DNA from: an uncultured archaeon
GTDB taxonomy: Archaea > Asgardarchaeota > Lokiarchaeia > Sigyniarchaeales > SOKP01
Direction: 5' to 3'
Assembly (NCBI GenBank): GCA_964388035.1
Contig: CAYLZE010000128.1
Coordinates: forward strand, 1 to 10,017
DNA length: 10,017 bases
Shown one piece after another: positions 1 to 6,630 of this stretch. Made by a program: the position numbers and the translations under genes. Below the pieces are notes generated by a model. That model saw only the letters and a list, made by a program, of their open reading frames with translations, was not told the origin of the DNA and made no database searches. Positions within the stretch are counted from its first letter, which is position 1. Each line of letters opens with the position of its first letter.

Positions 1-233
1 TTTACCACCATTATTTCTTATATTTGAATTTTTAATTTAATATAGACTACCATAAATTTATCATGTGAATCTTTCTCTCTTATTAAAACCTCGCATTGGA
101 TTGTTAAATATACAAGAAAGTAAACATTTGTATAACATTATTCAAACAAATGATCTACTTTTGGTATATTCACAAGATTTTTAACATTTTGTTAATGTTC
201 AAAGCTTACTCCACTCTTAAATTTTTCAAACTA

Positions 234-1418
234 TTGGTGTTAAGAATTAAAATAGAATATGCTGAAAGAATTGGAAGGTTGCCTCCCTATATTTTTGCAG
301 AAATTGAACAATTGAAATTAGAAAAGAAAAAACAGGGCATCGATTTAATTCCCTTGGGAATTGGAGATCCTGATCTGCCCACCCCTAAAATCATTGTCGA
401 TGAGTTAATTGAACAAATTAGGATACAAGAAAATCAAAATTATCCCTCAAGCATGGGAGAAGAAGATTTTAGATTAGCTGTATCAAATTGGTATCGATTA
501 CGATTCAAAGTAAATTTAAATCCAGATAATGAGATTTCCAACTTAATAGGGGGAAAAGAAGGAGTAGCAAATATCGCAAGAGCATTTATTAATCAAGGAG
601 ACATTGTGCTCTGTCCTAATCCCGGATATCCGGTATACGAAAATGGAGCCACTAAATTATGTGATGGAGAACCATGTATCATGCCTTTAAAAGAAGAGAA
701 TGATTTTCTTCCCGATTTGGAGGCTATTGAGACTAATATACTTAAAAAAGCCAAAATGATGTATTTAAATTACCCTAACAACCCCACAGGAGCCACGGCT
801 CCTTTAGATTACTTGAAAAAAGTCTCAGATTATGCCGAGGATTATAATTTTTGCATAGTATATGACAATCCATACTCAGAATTCACGTATGATGATTATA
901 TTGCACCAACGATCTTACAAATTAGTCAAAATCAAGTCGAAATTAATAGCGCTTCCAAGATATTTTGCATGACAGGATTTAGATGCGGGTGGATCGCTGG
1001 AAATGCTGAAATCATAAATGGTTTAAGGAAAGTAAAATCTCAAATAGATTCTGGCTGCCCAATATTCATACAAAAAGCCGTTATTAAAGGATTGGAGCAA
1101 TATAAATCAGAAAAAAGGCCAGATATCGTAGCTAACAACATTAAAATTTATGAAGAAAGAAGGAACGTGCTTATTAAAGGTCTAAATGAAATGGGATGGG
1201 AAACGAAAAAGCCTTCTGCCACCTTTTATGTATGGACGAAAATTCCTGAAGGAGAAAAAAACAGCATGGAATTCACTAAAAAGTTAATAAATGTGGGCGT
1301 GGTGATCACTCCTGGCACGGGATTTGGTGAATATGGAGAAGGTTATGTTAGATTTGCACTTACTCAACCCACGGAAAGAATAAAAGAAGCGTTAGAACGC
1401 ATGAAAAAAGTAATATAA
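234..1418 (+). CDS. dapL: PLP-dependent class I/II aminotransferase, most like LL-diaminopimelate aminotransferase (DapL-type)
   Basis: Motifs: ERIGRLPPYIFAEI, LGIGDPDLPTP, GGKEG, PNPGYPVY, LNYPNNPTG, DNPYSE, PLP-lysine motif SASKIFCMTGFRCGW, and PGTGFGEYGEGYVRFAL. The family is secure but substrate specificity is less so. The track start at 150 adds about 28 non-homologous residues, so TTG 234 or GTG 237 is a more plausible start. Confidence 0.8.
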   Translation: MVLRIKIEYAERIGRLPPYIFAEIEQLKLEKKKQGIDLIPLGIGDPDLPTPKIIVDELIEQIRIQENQNYPSSMGEEDFRLAVSNWYRLRFKVNLNPDNEISNLIGGKEGVANIARAFINQGDIVLCPNPGYPVYENGATKLCDGEPCIMPLKEENDFLPDLEAIETNILKKAKMMYLNYPNNPTGATAPLDYLKKVSDYAEDYNFCIVYDNPYSEFTYDDYIAPTILQISQNQVEINSASKIFCMTGFRCGWIAGNAEIINGLRKVKSQIDSGCPIFIQKAVIKGLEQYKSEKRPDIVANNIKIYEERRNVLIKGLNEMGWETKKPSATFYVWTKIPEGEKNSMEFTKKLINVGVVITPGTGFGEYGEGYVRFALTQPTERIKEALERMKKVI

Positions 1419-1429
1419 AAATAACGAAA

Positions 1430-1621
1430 TTATTTGTGTTTATGGGAATATTTCATTAATAAATACACCATTCTCCTATCATCTTCAATTTCTAATTCTC
1501 CTGGTTCAGATTCATCCAAAAAGGTATTTATTTGACTCGTATAAGAACTCTTGAAATGAGATTTTGAATAGAAATCCGTATTTAGATATTTTTCCAAACT
1601 TTCCATGATTTTTTTTTCCAA
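1430..1621 (-). CDS. small hypothetical protein (63 aa)
   Basis: TTG start (alternative ATG 5 codons in), purine-rich upstream sequence, protein-like charged composition. Ends convergently 11 nt from the aminotransferase stop. Confidence 0.55.
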   Translation of the reverse strand: MEKKIMESLEKYLNTDFYSKSHFKSSYTSQINTFLDESEPGELEIEDDRRMVYLLMKYSHKHK

Positions 1622-1859
1622 AATTAGCTCATCTCTTTTTTCTTTTTTTCTTTCAATTTAAGTTCATGTTGAAAATTTACTCAATTATTAGTATATTTTT
1701 GATCTATTTAAATCTTCGTATTAGGTTGCTCAGATAAAAGAATAAGAGAATAAGATTAAAGTAAATGATATTATCTTTGAAGAGATAAGATATTAATTAA
1801 TTTCTATGAAAATATTAAACGATTATTGATAAATTGAAATGATTTTTATTTATTTGAAT

Positions 1860-1985
1860 TTACCATGCGATCTTTTCTTCAGCAATGTAAAGCTCTGCAG
1901 GTTTAAAAAACTTGTTGCAATTAAACCTTGGATCCTCGGGCGCTGAATCAAGCATGATCATTTTAGGTTCTTTAGTCATGGTCAT
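1860..1985 (-). CDS. unannotated small protein, 41 aa: MTMTKEPKMIMLDSAPEDPRFNCNKFFKPAELYIAEEKIAW
   Basis: Hand-translated: ATG at 1985-1983, TAA at 1862-1860. More GC-balanced than its AT-rich flanks, with AGGAGG upstream (2004-1999). Confidence 0.6.
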   Translation of the reverse strand: MTMTKEPKMIMLDSAPEDPRFNCNKFFKPAELYIAEEKIAW

Positions 1986-1998
1986 CTTCTTTCTTTTT

Positions 1999-2004
1999 CC
2001 TCCT
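1999..2004 (-). promoter_or_regulatory. Shine-Dalgarno-like AGGAGG for the 41-aa ORF
   Basis: Plus-strand cctcct, 13 nt from the ATG (longer than typical spacing). Confidence 0.45.
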
Positions 2005-2007
2005 ATT

Positions 2008-2019
2008 TTTGAATTCAAA
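2008..2019. promoter_or_regulatory. perfect 12-bp palindrome TTTGAATTCAAA, possible operator
   Basis: Lies between a TATA-like TTAAATAT (minus, 2029-2022) and the SD of the 41-aa ORF. Confidence 0.3.
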
Positions 2020-2083
2020 TTATATTTAATGCCCAGAAAGGATTGAATCCATGACCATTTTCAAATAAAATTTCTTTGCTACC

Positions 2084-2137
2084 AAGAGAACAATCCAAGA
2101 AAAGTTATAAGAAAAAGGTCAAGAGGATTGTTCTCTT
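2084..2137. repeat. perfect 13-bp inverted repeat AAGAGAACAATCC / GGATTGTTCTCTT, 28-nt spacer
   Basis: Arms at 2084-2096 and 2125-2137 are exact reverse complements. Confidence 0.85.
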
Positions 2138-2138
2138 T

Positions 2139-2222
2139 CTATAATACTACTACTAATACAACTACCCCTAACAAGGATAACAATGCATATTTTGTAGTAG
2201 TATTTGAGGTCATTACTATCAT
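2139..2222 (-). CDS. putative hydrophobic micropeptide (MIV)MTSNTTTKYALLSLLGVVVLVVVL
   Basis: ATG at 2222 or 2213, TAG at 2141-2139. C-terminal apolar run about the length of a TM helix. No clear SD. Confidence 0.25.
   Translation of the reverse strand: MIVMTSNTTTKYALLSLLGVVVLVVVL
2143..2204. repeat. perfect 11-bp inverted repeat AATACTACTAC / GTAGTAGTATT, 40-nt spacer
   Basis: Arms at 2143-2153 and 2194-2204 are exact reverse complements. Confidence 0.8.
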
Positions 2223-2380
2223 TATTATTGATTTGTTATTTAAATATTTTTGCCATGGATTATTAGTATGTTTAATTGATGTGTGATTTGAATATATTCA
2301 TTTCCGAAATTCGAAATTTAAGTAATAATTTTCGCCCATGTTTATGAAGTTCGGTTTTACAATTAATCTATATCCTCTTT

Positions 2381-2944
2381 TTATTTACAATACTCAATAA
2401 ATTTTTGAGGATCTAATGCATAACCTTGCTCATTAAGGCCCCCACAGGTCTCAAGATTCGTGGGAGGGATTGGATTTTTCCCTATTCTAAGAACTGTTAA
2501 AGAGGATAGATATTCAAGTCCTTGAATTTTTACAATTTGATTTCCATATAAGTTCAGGGTTTTAAGATTAATTAGTTTCTTCAATCCTTTAATTTCAACG
2601 ATTTTATTGTCCTCTAAAGATAAAATTTCTAAATTGATCAAATTTTTTAGCCCTTTAATTTCGTGTATTTTATTATTAGAAAGATATAATATCTTTAGAT
2701 TGTACAATTCGTCTAATCCTGAGATCTGAGATACATTATTCCCGTAGAGGTTTAATTTTTCCAATTTTTGTAAATTTTCTACGTGTTCAATTTTAGAAAT
2801 TTGATTATTAAAAAGATTAAGCGATTTTAAATCGGGAATTTTATCCAATCCAACAATTTGAGATATATCCTCTAAATTCATATTTCCTAAAAATAAAGAA
2901 TTGTTTTTAATTTCTATTTTATTCCCATTTACTTGAACATGCAT
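2381..2944 (-). CDS. leucine-rich repeat protein (SDS22-like 22-aa LRRs)
   Basis: Five full 22-aa repeats of LxxLxLxxNxIxxIxxL (e.g. LKILYLSNNKIHEIKGLKNLIN, LEILSLEDNKIVEIKGLKKLIN) plus two degenerate ones. No signal peptide or TM segment. Confidence 0.92.
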   Translation of the reverse strand: MHVQVNGNKIEIKNNSLFLGNMNLEDISQIVGLDKIPDLKSLNLFNNQISKIEHVENLQKLEKLNLYGNNVSQISGLDELYNLKILYLSNNKIHEIKGLKNLINLEILSLEDNKIVEIKGLKKLINLKTLNLYGNQIVKIQGLEYLSSLTVLRIGKNPIPPTNLETCGGLNEQGYALDPQKFIEYCK

Positions 2945-3044
2945 GCTAAAAACCTAAAAATGCGTTGATAACGTGGTAATTTCGAGTAAAATGTATCTAC
3001 CATGAATCTTGTAGTTCGTAATTCATATCATCTTAGCCAATAAA

Positions 3045-3125
3045 TCATTGCAATTTAAAAAGGAAGTAAATAGTCCATCCTAAAAAGATTAATGTAGTAA
3101 CGATTGCAACAATTAATTTAAGCAT
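3045..3125 (-). CDS. putative single-TM micropeptide MLKLIVAIVTTLIFLGWTIYFLFKLQ (26 aa)
   Basis: ATG at 3125-3123, TGA at 3047-3045. 20 uncharged residues flanked by Lys. Confidence 0.3.
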   Translation of the reverse strand: MLKLIVAIVTTLIFLGWTIYFLFKLQ

Positions 3126-3289
3126 CTTTAGATGTTAAAAATATCTTTTCTAGATATAATGTAAGAACTTCTAAACTCTTGTTTTTAAAACAGTGTTATC
3201 ATGGGTTAAAAGTAGGTAGATTAATTAACGTTTTTATTTGACAATCTTTATTCTTATATATCAAACTATAATTTTTTATAATCAGAATA

Positions 3290-4612
3290 ATGACGGAAAA
3301 AAGAATTGTATTAGTAGGGGCAGGGAGCACGAGCTTTGGACCGAGCATGTTTGCTGATTTATATTTAAGCAAGATTTTACATGGTAGTACCTTGGTTCTT
3401 CATGATATTAATAAGGAAAAGGTAGATCGGATTAAAGAATTATTAATCGCGGAAAATGAGAAGCTTGATAAAAAATTTACCATTGAAAGCACGACTGACC
3501 GAAAAGCTGCGCTTAAAAATGCTGATTTTATCATAAGTTCGATAGAGGTGGGAGAACGATTTAAATTATGGTGGCAAGATTATGAAATCCCGAGAAAGTA
3601 TGGTTCCACTCAGATTCTGGGAGAATGTGGAGGACCGGGAGGTACTTTTCATGCATTTAGAATCATCCCCCCGATCATCGAAATAGTGAAGGACGTGGAG
3701 AAAATTTGTCCCAATGCTTTTTTTATTAATTTTTCAAATCCCATGGCACGCGTCTGTTTAGCCATAAAAAGAAGTACTAATCTTAATTTTATTGGATTAT
3801 GCCATCAAGTGCACTATTTAGAAGCCGTCATGCCTCAACTCTTTAATCTTACCTCAGATGAGGTTATCATGAAAGTAGGGGGACTCAATCACTTCGCATT
3901 TCTTTTGGATCTCGAAAGAAAAAAAGATGGAAAAAATTTGATGAAGGAATTTAATAGCAAAATTTTAGAATTTATAAGAACAAATGAAGATCGCTTTGCA
4001 TATTCTACTTTGACCCATGAAGTGTATAAACGTTTTAGTTCCTTTCCTTACGTGGGAGACAATCATCTGGGAGAATACCTGCAATTTGGAGAGGAATTTA
4101 CGAAAACCCAGGACATGATTGATTGGATAAATCGAACGGATAAGTTCAATCAGGGCATTTATAAACGTGTTTTGAGATACTATGACCGTCTTAAGAAAAA
4201 TAGATACCCTAAAAAAGGAGGATTACTTAAAAATCCCTCAGGAGAACGAGCAATTCCAATTATTGAAGCCATTATCCAGAATAAGAATTCCTATGAAACC
4301 GCAGTGAATATTCCAAATGAGGATTTAATTCAAAATTTACCTCAACATGCTATAATAGAAACTTCGGCGAGAGTTGATAAGGATGGGGTACATGGTTTAA
4401 AATTAGGAAACATTCCGAGAAATATCGCAGCAATTCTCAGGATTGAAGCCTCCGTCCAGGATGTGTGCGTGGAAGCTATTTTAAAACAGTCTAAAGATTT
4501 GGCTATAGCCGCCTTAGCTATTGATCCGAATGTGGGGAGTTTTGAAAAAGCAGATAGGATATTTAATGAAATGTGCCAACTTCAAAAGGAGTATTTGCCT
4601 AATTTTAAGTAA
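3290..4612 (+). CDS. glycoside hydrolase family 4 (NAD+/Mn2+-dependent alpha-glycosidase), paralog A
   Basis: Rossmann motif IVLVGAGS, ALKNADF, GGPGG, INFSNP, metal-binding Cys in IGLCHQV, GLNHF, GDNHLGEY, SGERAIPIIEAI, VNIPN...IQNLP. Confidence 0.93.
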   Translation: MTEKRIVLVGAGSTSFGPSMFADLYLSKILHGSTLVLHDINKEKVDRIKELLIAENEKLDKKFTIESTTDRKAALKNADFIISSIEVGERFKLWWQDYEIPRKYGSTQILGECGGPGGTFHAFRIIPPIIEIVKDVEKICPNAFFINFSNPMARVCLAIKRSTNLNFIGLCHQVHYLEAVMPQLFNLTSDEVIMKVGGLNHFAFLLDLERKKDGKNLMKEFNSKILEFIRTNEDRFAYSTLTHEVYKRFSSFPYVGDNHLGEYLQFGEEFTKTQDMIDWINRTDKFNQGIYKRVLRYYDRLKKNRYPKKGGLLKNPSGERAIPIIEAIIQNKNSYETAVNIPNEDLIQNLPQHAIIETSARVDKDGVHGLKLGNIPRNIAAILRIEASVQDVCVEAILKQSKDLAIAALAIDPNVGSFEKADRIFNEMCQLQKEYLPNFK

Positions 4613-4674
4613 TTAAATTAAAATTATAAAAAGATTTTAAGTAATCAATATAAACAACTCATGGGAGAAAAAAA

Positions 4675-5997
4675 ATGGTTAAAATCGTATTAATTGGGGC
4701 AGGTTCTGCTGCGTTTGGTCCCGCGAGCTTAATGGATATCAGTTCTAGCGAAATTTTGAAAGGATCTACCATCACGTTAGTGGAAACTAATGAAGAAAAA
4801 TTGAATAGAGCCTTTGATATTTTGGTTAAGGAAAATGAAATTGGAAAGTTTAACTTTACAATAGAAAAGAAAATGCATAGAGAACATGCGTTGAAAGATG
4901 CAGATTTCATTATTGTTGCTATTGAAAACGGCGAACGATTTCCTCTGCGATTTCAGGATAATATTATTCCCAGAAGTCATGGAACCACAGAAATGATGGC
5001 TGAAAATGGAGGGGCCGGCGGATTCTTCCATTCCGCACGACAAATTCCGGAACACGTGAGAATTGCACAAGACATAATGAAATATTGCCCGGATGCTTTT
5101 TTGATCGTCTATTCAAATCCGGTTGCCAGGATCAGTTTAGCATTAAAACGAGCCGTGCCAGATTTGAAATTCATTGGGCTATGCCATCAAATTGGATTGT
5201 TAACTCATCAGCATCTTTCCGAAATGATGGGAAGAGAAATGAAAGATTTGAGGGTGAGAACCGGGGGTCTGAACCATTTTGCATTTATTCTGGGATTAGA
5301 AGACTGGAACACGGGAGAAGAATTATTGCCAGAATTTAACAAGCGGTGTTATAAATATTTTGAAGGTAAATGGGATCGATTTGATTATGCGGATCTCACT
5401 TTTGAATTATATAAAAGATTGGGATATTTCTGTTATGCGGGAGATAATCATGTTTGTGAATATCTGCAAGTTGGTTCTAAGCATACAAAGATTCGAGATA
5501 TCAAAGATTGGTTGGATCAAATGGATTCTGGAAATAAAGCAATGAATGATAGGATGGATAGACTTCATAAACGCTTGAAAAAGGAACGTTATCCGAAACA
5601 GGGTGCACTTCAAGGGATGACTTCAGGAGAACGAGGAATTCCCATCATCGAAGCTATCATTCAAAATAAAAATTCCTATGAAATGGCAATTAATATCCCT
5701 AACGATGGAATCATCACCAATCTTCCGCAAGACCTCGTTTTAGAATGTTCTGCATACGTGGATAAAGATGGAGCTCATGGAGTAAAGCTTGGTAATATTC
5801 CTAAGCAAGTTGCAGCACTATTACGTATAGAGGCCACGATTCAAGATTTATGCGTGGAAGCTATATTGAATGAATCGAAACAGCTTGCTATTGCTTGCTT
5901 GGCGACGGACGTGAATTGCGGAAGTTTCAGCATGGCTGAAGCTATTTTTGATGACATGATGAAGGTACAGAGGCAATATTTACCGAATTTCAAGTAA
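4675..5997 (+). CDS. glycoside hydrolase family 4, paralog B
   Basis: KIVLIGAGS, ALKDADF, YSNP, IGLCHQI, GLNHF, GDNHVCEY, SGERGIPIIEAI. GGAG SD-like sequence upstream; 62 nt after paralog A. Confidence 0.93.
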   Translation: MVKIVLIGAGSAAFGPASLMDISSSEILKGSTITLVETNEEKLNRAFDILVKENEIGKFNFTIEKKMHREHALKDADFIIVAIENGERFPLRFQDNIIPRSHGTTEMMAENGGAGGFFHSARQIPEHVRIAQDIMKYCPDAFLIVYSNPVARISLALKRAVPDLKFIGLCHQIGLLTHQHLSEMMGREMKDLRVRTGGLNHFAFILGLEDWNTGEELLPEFNKRCYKYFEGKWDRFDYADLTFELYKRLGYFCYAGDNHVCEYLQVGSKHTKIRDIKDWLDQMDSGNKAMNDRMDRLHKRLKKERYPKQGALQGMTSGERGIPIIEAIIQNKNSYEMAINIPNDGIITNLPQDLVLECSAYVDKDGAHGVKLGNIPKQVAALLRIEATIQDLCVEAILNESKQLAIACLATDVNCGSFSMAEAIFDDMMKVQRQYLPNFK

Positions 5998-6012
5998 ATA
6001 TTTCATTTGGAT

Positions 6013-6063
6013 AAATTTAAATTGGTTAAATTTTAATTTCTTTATTTAATAATTTTCCTTGTT
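6013..6063 (+). terminator. possible terminator between convergent genes
   Basis: AT-only inverted repeat aaatttaa/ttaaattt (6013-6020, 6026-6033) followed by T-rich tracts. Weak evidence in such AT-rich DNA. Confidence 0.25.
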
Positions 6064-6122
6064 TTATGAAAATCCCATTTCGATATTCAGCAAAAGCAAT
6101 TCGTAATTCATAAGAAGAAATA

Positions 6123-6383
6123 TTATTCGATATTATGGATGAATACAATGAAAAAATTGATGATTATCATCAAAACCACTGCGATAGATATCAAAAGACC
6201 GCCTAATAAAAAGAGATTCCTATACAATATAATTGTAGTAATATCTTCGATATAAGTTAAATCTGGTACCCCCAATGAGGTATATTGAATCCACATATCA
6301 ATCCATGGGAGAATGAGGATGAATCCAATGATTCCTAAAAATATCATGGCAATATTAAATATTAATCTCTTTTTATTTTTCAT
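6123..6383 (-). CDS. small membrane protein with two predicted TM helices (86 aa)
   Basis: Basic N-terminus MKNKKR, then hydrophobic LIFNIAMIFLGIIGFILILPW, a short loop, and LFLLGGLLISIAVVLMIIINFFIVFI. Confidence 0.7.
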   Translation of the reverse strand: MKNKKRLIFNIAMIFLGIIGFILILPWIDMWIQYTSLGVPDLTYIEDITTIILYRNLFLLGGLLISIAVVLMIIINFFIVFIHNIE

Positions 6384-6630
6384 GGTTTAATATGTATTGC
6401 TATCTTGGAATAAAATTATCAACTTCCTAAAACTTGAAGGCATTTTTTAATTATATATTGCTAAACATGAAAGAATTTAGTTAAATTTTTTGAAATGAAG
6501 TAATTTCAACTTTTAATTTCAAGTTCACGCGAGCAAGGTTCTTATGAGTTTCCAGGTCAACATAAAAAATGTAAATTAAAAGCATATTAATTGACCTTAA
6601 TAATCAATCAAACCAGCAAAACGATAGGAC

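Noticed and set aside
1-64. Possible divergent gene start at the left edge (ATG at 11, minus strand) and tiny ORFs
   Set aside because: Only three codons are visible; the other ATGs hit stops within 12 codons.
150-233. N-terminal extension of the aminotransferase in the ORF track
   Set aside because: AT-rich, promoter-like sequence. Family similarity starts at about IEYAERI, so a TTG/GTG start near 234-237 is more likely.
2084-2204. MITE or tRNA interpretation of the inverted repeats
   Set aside because: No target-site duplication or second copy in the window, and no cloverleaf or T-loop motif.
3238-3272. TTGACA...TATAAT sigma70-like promoter before GH4 paralog A
   Set aside because: Spacer is 23 nt rather than about 17 and the context looks archaeal. 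TTATATA at 3254-3260 may be a TATA box but is not distinctive in such AT-rich DNA.
4659-5613. Track ORFs 4659-4910, 4777-5070, 5085-5339, 5360-5545 and 5407-5613
   Set aside because: Shadow or alternate-frame ORFs overlapping the well-supported GH4 paralog B, with no recognisable motifs.
6502-6520. AATTTC matches to the Sulfolobales ANTTTC UV-responsive element
   Set aside because: The hexamer is expected by chance and lies downstream, not upstream, of polB2.
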